Below are positions 26,362-38,861 of a stretch of 64,000 nt of DNA, in pieces. A program made the translations under genes and the position numbers. Numbering within the stretch: position 1 is the first letter of the stretch; each line of letters begins with the position of its first letter. Source of the stretch: Octopus vulgaris (Eukaryota); contig OX597820.1 in assembly GCA_951406725.2 (NCBI GenBank), positions 28,148,001 through 28,212,000 of the forward strand, given 5' to 3'. The notes below the pieces were generated by a model. That model made no database searches and was not told the DNA's origin. It was given only the letters and a program-made list of their open reading frames with translations.

Positions 26362-27143
26362 ATATGCATACACACAAACATATATGTACGTACCTACATC
26401 TACATGTATATATACATGCATATATAAATAAATATACGTAAGTACAGGACATGCTACACAAGGAAAGATCCACCGTCATCAGCTGTCGCTAGTTAACTCA
26501 GGCGTCTTTCGAAGGCAAGACAGGACACATCATCAACTAAGCCTTCCTGCGAGAGAATTAAAATAAAATTCCAAGCAGCGGAGTAAAACGGGTAAGAACA
26601 CAAACAGGATGTCACAATAAAACTGCACAATAAAATACAAGATAAAAATACATGTACCAAAAAATACAAGACGAGAAATAAAAAGAGAATACAATACGGG
26701 AAATCAAACAAACAAGAGAACAAATGAGAAAAAGCAAACAAACGAAAAGGCCTTTTTTTGGCTAGACGAAAGATGTTGTGTGGCAGCGTGTGGAAAGCAT
26801 GACTTTTCAGTAGCAGAGGCAAGGTGCAAAAGAAAGAAATTTTTAGGCTGGCAGTGCGAAAGAAGGAAGGAGGAGGGGGACACGCGGCTAAGAGAGAGAA
26901 AAGTAGAAGAGTGAGAGGGAGAGAGAGTGGAGAGTGTAAAGCAAAGGGAGAGAATTTCGCGTCTTAAATATTTATATAAAATTAAATGGAGGCAAGAAGT
27001 GGAACGAACTGATAAATCGAAACGAACCTGACGCGAGGTGCTGTCAGGCAATAATGCAATAAATAAAAATATATGCATACATACAAACATATATGTACGT
27101 ACCTACATCTACATGTATATATACATGCATATATAAATAAATA
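26362..27143. repeat. 709-bp-period partial tandem unit bounded by direct repeats (Penelope pLTR/retrozyme-like)
   Basis: 73-bp direct repeats at 26362-26434 and 27071-27143 with 1 mismatch; ~90 bp if the piece left of the LINE (21122-21142) is added. Confidence 0.75.
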
Positions 27144-27611
27144 AGAATAAGAATATTTATAAGCCTTATAGGAAGCCCAATGATAGACTAAGTTATATTA
27201 ATGTAGGTTCATGCCATCCCTCTATAGTATTCAAAAATTTAGTTAAAAATATTAGTAAGAGGATTTCTAGCCTCTCCTCTGATAAGGGCATCTTCAATAG
27301 CGTTGCCCCAGTTTATAATAAGGCTTTAAAAGATAGTGGTTTTAGCGAAAAAATAAAATATACACCCATTACTATCCCAACAGTAAGGAAAAGGAATAAT
27401 AGAAATAGGAAGGTCATCTGGTTTACGCCCCCTTACTCACCCGAGGTGGCCTTCAGTATAGGTAAATATTTCCTAGCACTGATAGATAGACATTTTCCAG
27501 TTAACCATACTTGTAGGAAACTCTTCAATAGACACAAATTTTAAAAACATAATCAAACATAACATACAAAAAACACAACAAGAAAACAGCTGTTCATGCA
27601 GGAATAAAGAA

Positions 27612-28049
27612 TTGTGCCCGCTAAATGGAGCTTGCATGTCCAAGACCATCATATATGAAGCTACCGTAAACTCTATAACCACTAAAGACACCGTTTCGAC
27701 GAAGAAATACGTGGGCCTTACAGAAGGTAACTTCAAGGCCAGGTTCAATAACCACACTTTGAGCTTTAGGCACTGGAACAAAAGAAAAGTGACACAATTA
27801 TCTAATCATATTTGGTCTTTAAGAGATAAAGGTGTCGATTATAACATACATTGGAAGATTTTGGCCAGATGTAAGCCCTATACCAACGGCAGCGGAAGGT
27901 GCGGTCTATGCGACATGGAGAAATGGCTTATCTGGAAAAGCAGCTTAGACCCTACTACATGTCTAAACACAAGGACAGAACTTTTCGGATCATGCCCATA
28001 TGTGACTAAATTTCTGTTACGTTTTTGGTCCCCTAAAGAAAACAGATAG
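27612..28049 (+). pseudogene. GIY-YIG endonuclease domain of the Penelope-like element
   Basis: CPLNGAC...IIYEATV...KYVGLTEGNFKARFNNH...CGLCDMEK...LNTRTEL, with GIY/YIG equivalents, conserved R, E and N, and Cys pairs. The upstream frame is broken. Confidence 0.9.
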
Positions 28050-28262
28050 AACATGCTTTCTATGTTATGTCCCAAGAATATTTTATATATTTTTATACAT
28101 TTATATATTTTTATATATTTTTCATATATATATTTTATGTATTTTTATATAAGTTTTATGGCGAAAAATGCGAGTGATGTATAAGTACGCAGGCAAGCAG
28201 AGTTATAACACAGTAATTTCCCTTTGTATAACGGTATTTTTTCATAGCGTTTTCAAATAGCC

Positions 28263-28322
28263 AGATAACCGAAGAGATGTGGTGGATTCCCACTTCGGCA
28301 TCTGAAACTCAGAGTTTTATCT
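28263..28322 (+). ncRNA. Type I hammerhead-ribozyme-like motif (variant core)
   Basis: Stem I agataa/ttatct; core CCGAAGA; stem II gatg/catc; T-GAAA; stem III ACTC-a-GAGT; GUU cleavage triplet. Deviates from consensus (U4C, one extra U). Confidence 0.6.
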
Positions 28323-28351
28323 TGACTATCGAGTAATGTAACATATAATTG

Positions 28352-28393
<42 letters not shown>

Positions 28394-28818
28394 AATATAT
28401 AAATATGTTTGTCTGTATTTATCTTTCCATTTTTATATACATGATATTCCTTGACCCCTTAAGTTGTAAGATCATTGCACGATTAAATAATAATAAATTA
28501 AATAGAGCTTGACTATAGAATGTACGTAATCTTCTAGAATCGGAGAGTATTTATTTTGGGGATGGCTTCATTTCGTAGGTGTACAGCCAGAAATAATTAG
28601 TAAGATATATTGGAAGACGTTGCAGATAAGAGACGAAGTGAATAAGTTTTAAATAAATTAACATTTGAGAAATGTTGTTACTTAGAATACATGCGAAAAG
28701 TATTATAATTTCGTACTGATATTCTCAAGAGAATAAAGTCAGAGATGTATAGTTCGGTAGCTGTCAATAAAGAATTGTCGTTGTCACGATACTGTTTGAA
28801 ATATATATACATATACAT

Positions 28819-29014
<196 letters not shown>

Positions 29015-29058
29015 TTATATATATATATATTATATATATATATATAAATATATATATG

Positions 29059-29118
<60 letters not shown>

Positions 29119-29136
29119 GCGAGAGAGAGAAAGAGT

Positions 29137-29168
<32 letters not shown>

Positions 29169-29483
29169 TTTGATTAACGGGTTCTATAAACTGTCGTGGC
29201 GTGTCAAACTGAAGCACGCCACAATTACTGGCCGGACTGAATGAAGCTCACCAGACAGTTATATAATGCATTATCATAGAACTTTGCCGTTGCTTGGTAA
29301 TCCGCAATACCAATATCCAAAAGTATCTAAAAGGGAATGGAACGTTAGCAATGGCACAAAAATGTAATAAAAATAAAACAGTCGAATGAGTTATTTGGTG
29401 CTCGTAGAATTGTATCATTAAGAGTTGTTGTTTTTTTTTTATTCTGGTGTAAACATCATGCAGTGATTTGTACAAAATTCACA

Positions 29484-30108
29484 ACTTTAATACGATTATA
29501 TCATTCGTTACACAACGCCCAACTTATCAGTTTACCAAGCAGCGACATATAGATTAATTTGTAGCTCAACGTTCTGAGTTCAAATTACGCCGAGGTTGAC
29601 TTTGCCTTTCATCCTTTCGGGGATGCGTACTGTAGCGGATCTAATCGACAGGCCCACTCCTGCAAAGTTTTCGGGATTTGTGCCTAAAGTAGAAAAGAAT
29701 AGCTCATCAACAAATGAAATTTCCAGTCAGAATTATCAATATCTAAGAAGTGGAAAGTGGGTTGAACTACAAACTCTCGATCCCGATGTGAGTAGTTGAA
29801 TGAGACGGCATATTAAAGAATAGTTAAAAGGCAATTATTCTAAAGATGTCATTAAACTCAGCAGCCTGTACACCGGCAGATAGGCTTGTGCACAAAGCCC
29901 GAAAATTTATGGGGAGTGGGCCTGTCGATTAGATCGACCACAGCACGCAACTTGTGCTTAATTTATCGACCCCGAAAGGATGAAAGGCAAAGTCAACCTC
30001 GACGGAATTTGAACTCAGAACGTTGAACTATTAATTAATCTATAAACCACTGCTTGCTAGCCTGATGAGTTGGGCGTTGTTTAACGAATGATATAATTGT
30101 ATTAAAGT
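29484..30108. repeat. Long inverted repeat (~200-bp arms), each arm containing a family A SINE piece plus shared non-SINE flank
   Basis: 29484-29690 is the diverged reverse complement of 29886-30108. Confidence 0.9.
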
Positions 30109-30674
30109 AGGTAGCAGGCGCCAAATATGACTTCTGATCTTATCTAAATATAACCTATGACAGACGATAACGTTCGTTCTAAAACAACATTTACTGTTAT
30201 ATTGTTTTGTGCACTAAATGAGGGATATGATTAATAAATTCCAGTGTTATATATTTATTCAATTCATCCTGATCAACGTCTTCCGATTAATTGTAGCAGT
30301 GATTGTAGAATGTTAGCTTTAATTAAGCAAGATGCAGCAAATAATAATTCACAGGAAATAGCTTAAAGAAAACCGTAGAGAATAACGAAGTTCGCTGCGA
30401 AATTTCAAACGAGGAGTGAAAAGAAAGAGGTGATAGAGAAGCAAAAGGAAATGAAAAGGATTAATAAATAGAGATAGTCGTAATCTTAGTATTAGCGATC
30501 ATAACCTTTCCTAGCTTAGCGGAAACAGAATAGGATAAACCAATAAGTGAACTTGGTCAAAACGTTGACCGGAAGACAGTATTGGTATAAAACAAATATA
30601 TGGGTATACTAGACTAAGGAAAGTAATTTGGGAAGAGTTTCAACGTACACACAGCTACTTTTAAATTTATGTTA

Positions 30675-30865
30675 GGCGCAATGGCCTAGTGGTTAGGGCA
30701 GCGGACTCGCGGTCGTAGGATCGCGGTTTCGATTCTCAGACCGATCGTTGTGAGTGTTTACTGAGTGAAAACTCCTAAAGCTCCGCAAGGCTCCGGCAGC
30801 GGGTGGTAGCGATCCCTGCTATACTGTTGGCCTGCTTGCTTAGCCAGCGGGGTGGTGTCATTATG
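30675..30865 (+). mobile_element. tRNA(Arg-like)-derived SINE, family C
   Basis: ggcgcaatggcctagtggttagggcagcggactcgc...ggtttcgattc A/B boxes followed by a non-tRNA body. Confidence 0.75.
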
Positions 30866-31089
30866 ACCAGCGATATGTAGCAATATCTGATAGCTTGGTC
30901 TGTCACTTGATCACGTGATTTGTCGAACTTAGAAAGATCAGTTATCTGTAATGACGTTACGAGTTGAAAGGACAAAAGAAAAATATAAGGATAATCAGAA
31001 CCGATATTCCCTCTAAAAACATGAATCCTAAGTGTTAACTTAAACAATATTGTCCCAGTTTTGCTGAAAAAAGTTCAAAATCAATTAAT

Positions 31090-31430
31090 ATCATATAGTT
31101 TCAGTGGACAGTTTAGATCACTGCTATAATAATCAACTGACAGGATGCGGGCATCTGCTCCTTCATTCATCTGATCTATTAATAACACCATCCATGCATT
31201 TTCAGATTTCAAACAATTCCAAATAGCAGCAATTGCAACGATAAGTTTCGCATAGCATGTCTAGCTATGCTTCAGGCAAATTTTGTACATTTGCAATGCT
31301 TTGATACATCAGCAAATAGATTTTACGTTATTTTTATACAGACTTATAACTGACTGTTGCGATTCCTTTTGGGTGTGGAGGTGTTTGTGATAATAATCAG
31401 CTGTAATAACAGCTCAATATCTGTATCTGT
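31090..31430 (-). pseudogene. Possible decayed Helitron RepHel fragment
   Basis: Broken-frame minus-strand pieces (CETYR..., ENAW, IIIAV, PLKL) resemble the RepHel region between the Rep and helicase domains. Weak. Confidence 0.25.
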
Positions 31431-31537
31431 CGCTCCTTTTCATTTCTTGCTGCGATTTCGTTTCGCTTCGCTTTGAATTATGTTGTGTTTTTAAACATTA
31501 TGCCTCTGTAAAGTTATCTCTGTAAGACGATATACTC

Positions 31538-31574
<37 letters not shown>

Positions 31575-31724
31575 ATACAATCTTATAAACGGACTGGTAA
31601 TATACGAAATTCTGAGTGTAAACACTAATATGAAACAATTCAATTCCGAAAACAGTGTTCAGAAGAGGAAATTGTACGCGTTTTGTATTTGCTCAGAATT
31701 TCCTCTTTCTAAGATTTAGTTAAT

Positions 31725-31934
31725 TACTCTCTTTTACTCTCCTTTACTTGTTTCAGTCATTTGACTGTGGCCATGCTGGGGCACCGCCTTTAGTCGAGCA
31801 AATCGCCCCCAGGACTTATTCTATCGGTTTCTTTTGCCGAACCGTAGAGTTACGGGGACGTAAACACACCAGCATCACAGACACACAAACATACACACAC
31901 ACATACAAACATACATACATGCATACATACATAC

Positions 31935-32001
<67 letters not shown>

Positions 32002-32315
32002 CGTATATTTGCCATTTAAATATTGGCTAATAGCCAGCTGGGGCTACAAACTACAGTAGCATACACCCTTAGGGGTTAGCCATATTTAAATGGCAAATAT
32101 ACGTCACGATGTGTTGCAGCTACTGTTTTACTATATATATGTATATATATACATATATACATATATACGACGGGCCTCTTTCAGTTTCCCTATGCCAAAT
32201 GCACTCACAAGCCTTTGGTCGACTCGAGGCTATAGTAGAAGACACTTGCCCATGGTGCCACGCAGCGGGACTGAACCCAGAACCATGTGGTTCGTAAGCA
32301 AGCTACTTACCACAT
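31725..32315 (-). mobile_element. Family B SINE with a foldback insert in its internal (TA)n
   Basis: Tail (ctctttta)n and cagtcatttgactg at ~31755; head at 32260-32315; palindrome at 31998-32107. Confidence 0.9.
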
Positions 32316-33564
32316 ATTAGTTAAATAGTTAATTTTATTTGAAAGCAACCTGTAAAAAGAACACGCATCAAAGTACAAAATGAAAGGCAATTTTTCTAAA
32401 AACTAATATTGCAGCGATTTCATATATATCTTGTGTTACAGATGCTTCTAGATATTTTTTGTTTTGCTTTTATTTTGTCTTACATTGGCCATGATCTTTG
32501 GGCTAGAACACAGAGAAGAATTTTCATTTGCGTTCAAAAACGAAACTGCATCTCTATAATTTTAATATCAAATCTCAGACAATCAAGAATTTCCATTTAT
32601 ATTTTTTTTTTATTAGTGCCGTCATTGTCGTATTTTTTGTTGCTTCAACTGGTTGCATTATTCTTCCATACTTATTTTCTTTCCATCCATATTTTATTCA
32701 GTCTCTTCGTCTTCTTATTTTTCCAGATGCAATATTTTCATTTTTTCTAGCTAGTCATTTTTAAAAACTGCCTGCATACATATAAATGATTTTTTTTTTG
32801 CTTTGCCTCAAGCGAGCATGTTTCAAGGTTAAAGGAAAATTCAATATATCTCCAGAATAAGGAATGTTTCTTCTCTTTCCTTAAATAATTTCACTCCTTA
32901 TTTTTATATCCATCTATTATTATAAAGTTAGAATCAATATTTGGAATGTATAAATTTCGAGAACGATTTTCTCGTTGTTTTCACAATTATCATATCCCAA
33001 CTACCAAGCTGCACATAAAAATAGCAAGAAATACATATTTCATATTTTGAAGAAACATTTCTTCATTTCTTGATCATTGTTGTTTTGGAATATTTTTCGC
33101 ATATTTATATCAAATCGCATTAAAATATATTTTAATTTCTTAGTATACAAAATATTCAAAGCAGTCATGGAAAAAACTTCGGTGAAAATGTCAATTATTA
33201 ACATAGGTGAATTTGATTATCATAACGTGGGTGATCGCCATGCTTAAATGATAGGAGAAAATGCAAGCTTCACACAACTTATAATAGAACCTGTGGAAAA
33301 CGCCGTCAGGAGAGCAATACTGTAATTCAAGCGAATTGTCTCATGCAGTAGATTTATATGAGTTTAATACGTGTGCAGTGTGTGGGTCAATGGCTAAAAT
33401 ACTATGGCCTAAAATACAAGCATCCTTCAATTGATATATACATATATATATATTATATATATATATTATATAATATATATATGTATGTATGTATATATGT
33501 ATGTATGTATGTATATTCTAGCAGAGATGCTCGGCCTTGCTCGGGATAAATATGGCGTAGATTT

Positions 33565-33790
33565 TCCTTGTTTTACTTGTTTCAGTCATGTGACGGTGGT
33601 CATGCTGTAGCACGCCCGTTGGTCGAACAGACCGACTACAAGATTTATTATTTGTAAGCCAGGTGCTTACTGTATCACTGTCTTTTGCAGAACCGCTAGA
33701 TTGTGAGAACGTAAACACAGAAACATCGGTTGTCAAACAATGGTAGGAGTACAAACACACAGGCACACACACATACATACACACACACAC
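33565..33790 (-). mobile_element. Family B SINE 3' half
   Basis: ttttacttgtttcagtcatgtgac...catgctg...gaaccgctag...gtaaacac...atcggttgtcaa. Confidence 0.85.
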
Positions 33791-35709
33791 GTACACACAC
33801 ACACACACACACACATACACACACACATACATATATATATATTTATATATTTGTATGATTGTGTATAGAAGAATATATCACTCAGCGAAATTTCAACTTA
33901 TTCTGATGTTCACGTTTTATTATGTGCAATTTTTACAATTTTACAGTATTAAAATAAACTACTACATCCACACATTATGCAATCGTGTTTATTCCTTGAC
34001 AACCGTGTCTCATAATTGACAACTGTAATGGAATCGTTGGATTTATCGTTTAAAAACCCTGCGATCGGCTCCAGACGCTCAATTTATAACCTGTATATTG
34101 GCCAGTCAGCATGTGGTTTAGATATAACGGAGTGGAGAGCACGCCAACTAAATTTTAACTTCATTTTGATCAATCAGTATGTGGGTTATGCGTCACAGTC
34201 TTTACTTTGACCGAGCCTAATTAATAGTAAAAGTGAAAGGAGGGTGTTAGTACTTTTGACCAAATGAACACAGACACGATTAAAATGTAAAAAAATATTC
34301 TGAAGGAGCAATAGAATTCAATGAAAAGAAGAACGACCTTTACAAAAATTCAAAATATAGTCAATTATTCCTTTAGGTGCGGTCAAAATAAAGAGTCCTT
34401 AACGTGCCCAGCATACTGATGTCTAAGTCACATGCAGATTGGTCAAAATACAGCTAGTAAGTTTCAACAGGCTTGAGCCCATCGGAGGGTATTTAAAGGT
34501 TAAATGCAACAGTTTCATTACAGGTGTCCATTGTGGAATGTGACTATCACTATATAAAACACATGAATTTGTAACGCATGAAAGTTATAGTTTATTTCAA
34601 TATTATAAAACTGCAAAAATGCAAATAATGAAACGTGAATATCGGACTAAGCTAGAGTTTTAATGATTAATATATATATACGCACCCACGCACACACACA
34701 CATACACACATATACACACATGCACACACATATATATCACCATTCCATAGGAAAACCGTTGTACTTGACTGGCAATTTTTGATACCTTCGCATCTAGAGT
34801 GGCTGGAGATACGATAGTTTGACCAAAACAAATGGGTGTTGCAAGCGAAAATAAATATTGAAAATACAGCGCATTTGGCCAGATTTGGACATACGACAGT
34901 TTAACATAATACGAGCGATAAATAAATAAATAAATAAATATACATATATATATACCTTTTAAGCCAACATGCCAACATCAGGATCAGAAACCATACCTCG
35001 ATATGACATAAATAATAATTATAAAACTATAAGTTTTTCTCATTACCATTAATAACAGAAGTTCATACTCATCGATATTACCATCTGTGCCAAGAGTTGC
35101 GTTCAAGGAATAATAATATCTTGGCTTATGGCTTCTTATTGAATTAATTTCTTCACGCCTTGAAACCAATAAATATAGTATACTAAATCCAATTACAGCC
35201 GAATATTCGACCTTACGTTAGTTTTCTCTCGTAACTGTGACGTTCCAAAATTTGCTTTAATTATTGGTATATTTCCAAAGTTTTCTTGTTTGGTCATCTA
35301 CCAAACAATGGGGGAAAATATTTAATATATTGATAAATTCAGGTGAACACATGCATACATATGAGCTATAACGAATGATACCGGGGAAAAGACACATTTT
35401 ACGTTAAAACCAAATGGAAATTATGTTTAGTTAGTCTGTCATATTATTGATAAATCACAAGCGATTAACAAAAAGTATTTTAATTTTGGAATATGTTAAT
35501 ATTAATGTTTTCATGTATAGATGAATGTTTACACTACAAACGAATTCGTGTTTGGTTCTGTTATGCGTGTGTGTATGTGTGTGCATCTGTGTGCCTGTGT
35601 TTTTGTATATTCTTGAATGTATAATGTAATAGATAATTGTGAATTTATGTTTATTAATGGATGTTTAATCATTATAACATGTAACAATACGGGAATATAT
35701 ATACATATA

Positions 35710-35770
<61 letters not shown>

Positions 35771-35775
<5 letters not shown>

Positions 35776-35900
35776 TGTATCTATGTATAACAACACAGGA
35801 GAGTAGTGAGAAATTATTGTTATTAGTTTAACGCTCAGATTTTTGGAAATATTGAAGACCTATACGTACAAATAGGATGCGGCGCCATTTTGCGATTGTG

Positions 35901-35976
<76 letters not shown>

Positions 35977-36108
35977 GCATGTATCTATGTATAACAACAC
36001 AGGAGAGTAGTGAGAACTTATTGTTATTAGTTTAACGCTCAGATTTTTGGAAATATTGAAGAGCTATACGTACAAATAGGATGCGGCGCCATTTTGCGAT
36101 TGTGCTCT
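35771..36108. repeat. 134-bp tandem duplication separated by (TA)n
   Basis: 35771-35904 and 35975-36108 differ at 2 positions. Confidence 0.95.
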
Positions 36109-36449
36109 TCTTTACTTAATGTATTTCTGTTCCTATTCCTCGCTATCTTCTCTTATTCTACTTCAGTCATTACGACGATTTCAAATACCACCTGATAATC
36201 AGTTTACGTCATGTTACAATTCTACCTTATCTTTTAAAATAATTAGCATTTTATGATTACCAAGTACTGGGTCATATTTAGGGCGTTGATATATCTTAGA
36301 TTATTTACGGCCCTTGCATTCCTACCGTAACGAACACAGACTTTCTGAATTGTTGAGGGAATATGTGTTTGTACAATTATAGTTGAAGGAATATATGTTT
36401 GTACTATCATATTTAAAAAAAAAATTCGTGAACACTTCAAAGAGGAAAG

Positions 36450-37126
36450 ACCATTTACTGTGGAAGTAGTTTTTGTTTAAGCTGTTGAATGCAGCCATAA
36501 TCTTTGCCTTCAGTTCATCTTTGGTGTTACAAGGAGTTGTGTTTGTCTCTCGCTCAACTGTGCCCCACACATAATAATCAAGGGGTTGCAATCTGAGGAG
36601 TTAGGTGGCTACATGTTAGCGGTGATGTGGTCGCAGAAACTGTGTGACAGCTATGACTGGGTTCTGCTTGTGTGACATGGTGCAAAGTCGTGTTGTCAGA
36701 TATAGGGTGTTCCAGTAGCCAACCTCTTGACAAAAGACAGCACTACCTTCATGCAGGCCTTTGATGTAGGTCTCCGTGTTGAGTCTGAGGCCATGTGGGA
36801 AGATAAATGAAGGCATAACGTCGCCATCACTAGTGATCACTACAAACATTCTGATGTTGACAGAATCTTTGATTTTTATCCCTCTCAGCTTGACACCCAA
36901 ACACTATGAAGTGTTCGTATGGGAGCTTCCGACGTGAATACCAAGCAGTACAGTAGGTCGTTTCCAAACTTCTGGCAAAGTAGATTGCTTCATGGTGCTG
37001 TTTTTCTCACACACGATCTCCCAACCGAACCTATCTTAATGTGTATTCAACAAAATAAAAACAAACACTGCACATGTGTGAAATTTAAAATATAAAATGC
37101 CAACAAGTTATCCATAGCAACCTGTA
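36450..37126 (-). mobile_element. Degraded Tc1/mariner (maT/DD37D-like) element
   Basis: PLDYYVWGTVERETN and VITSDGDVMPSFIFPHGLRLNTETY. Left TIR-like end tacaggttgctatggataacttgttggc at ~37125. Homologous to 50925-52660. Confidence 0.85.
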
Positions 37127-38417
37127 CATGCACATATAAGTGAATGTGTGTGTGTATGGATAGCTATATAAATGCGTATTTCTATACACACATGTGTTTC
37201 TTTATTATATATTACTTATACACGCACGTTTCTGTACATACATACATTTCTATGTTATATATTACACACCTCTGCACGCGCGCATTAACATGTATTTAAA
37301 ATACCGTCCATTGTTAAAATATCGTCCTTTGTGTAACACCGTAGAACATTCTGCATATATATGGTTTCAGAAATGCGAAATATGATATTAAAGTGGACTG
37401 AGCAAAACTTTCAAAAAGAAAACGTCATATTTCCTTCATTTATGCGAAAAATATCTAAAACATACGAAAGGAAATAACGGCACAATCATAATGGTTGAAT
37501 TGGATTTTTCCCGAAGCATTTACTTTGCTGGATTATGAAAACGGAAGTACTACAGAATGAATGTAAGCAGAATTATAATAGATAAGTATACATATAAATG
37601 CAAGAGCGTACTTCTGACATTTTTATGTAGTTTATGCTTCGTAGTTTACGTCTACTTGAAATAATTCTCTTTCATAATGTTAAATGATACTTTCATGAAT
37701 CTGGATATAATATAATGTTGTATACATATATACATATATATGTGCTTGTGTGTATACATACATGCATACGTGTATATATACATATATGCCCAGGTACACA
37801 CTTACACACTTATAGATACGTTGATTGAATCTGTTTCACAGTAAGTGTACTTATGTAGAATTTCAGAACTCCATGTGAGAAACACATTTTGTATTTTTTT
37901 TTTTTCAGGTGTCATTATATACATATATATTTATATTTTCAAGATATTTCTCCCTTATGCATTAAAATTCATCTAAAGAGACATTTCTGGTGTCTCAACC
38001 GATTGTTGATATCCTTCATGTATAAATGTATATATATATATATATTGCAATGAGAAATGCGGGCTCATGCATGTTAATATCCTTAAGTTATTACACCTGG
38101 AAAAGTACAGAACAAGATGTCTACAGTAGAATTTGCCGAATTGGTCACCTCTAAAGGAAACAAAAAAATGCTTAAAATTAAAATTCTTACATAAAATATT
38201 GCATCCGAGAATAACATTAATAAGATTTACTATACTTTATTAAAATAAAAATTATAAAAATATCACTGGCGTTTTCCAAAAATAAGCCCATTCGATTTTA
38301 AGACTAGTCTAGCCGCAGTTATTTTTATTATTTTCAGAACGCGGCAAAGAAGAATGTGCTAACATTCATTATGAAAAGTAACTTTTTGTATAATCATGAA
38401 TATTAATATAATACTTA

Positions 38418-38437
38418 TCTATCTATCTATATCTATA

Positions 38438-38478
<41 letters not shown>

Positions 38479-38861
38479 CTGAAGTTGTCTGTGTATGGCA
38501 GGTTTGGTCTGTGTATGGCCTTCAACTAACACTATCTCCTCCGAGACCATGTGGCGCAAGTTGACCAAACTTAAGAGTATGATAGAAGAATGCTTGCTCT
38601 TCCTTCCGTAGAAGAAAAACGTCAAATCGGAACATGTTAACACCAAAAATTATTAACATCAAAAAGGTGTTTTTTTTCTATTACAATCCCTATTGTTTAC
38701 GATTTTTTTACTGCTGTGTCGCCATTTGTCGGTGTATTTCAACCAGAAAAATGTTCACTTAAAGAGAATAACAAGCTACACAATGCAAACCTTTTACTTT
38801 TCAAAAATTCAAATTCTAAAGGGTCGAAACAAACCCGATCAACGCCGGGTGATACAGCTAG
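38418..38861 (+). mobile_element. Non-autonomous Helitron-like element
   Basis: 5' A|TC start, subterminal hairpin acccg-atcaacgc-cgggt, and CTAG|T 3' end at 38858-38862. Confidence 0.7.

Larger units (their letters stand above)
27150..28345 (+). mobile_element. 5'-truncated Penelope-like element with GIY-YIG endonuclease and 3' terminal region
   Basis: IWFTPPYS at ~27418; ORF 27612-28049; hammerhead-like motif near the 3' end; terminates in (TA)n. Confidence 0.9.

Noticed and set aside
22484-26421. Antisense and alternate-frame ORFs over the LINE (e.g. 22831-23388, 23500-23925, 25969-26421)
   Set aside because: Shadow ORFs of a GC-richer coding region with no recognisable motifs.
30675-30745. 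Possible tRNA-Arg gene (similar heads at 53650 and 62000)
   Set aside because: A/B boxes are present, but the acceptor stem does not close and the sequence continues into a SINE body.
37880-38400. Polypyrimidine-CAG splice-acceptor-like sites (37908, 38337; also ~20503)
   Set aside because: No convincing donor or coding frame follows, and such sites are expected by chance in AT-rich DNA. A small host exon cannot be excluded without RNA-seq.
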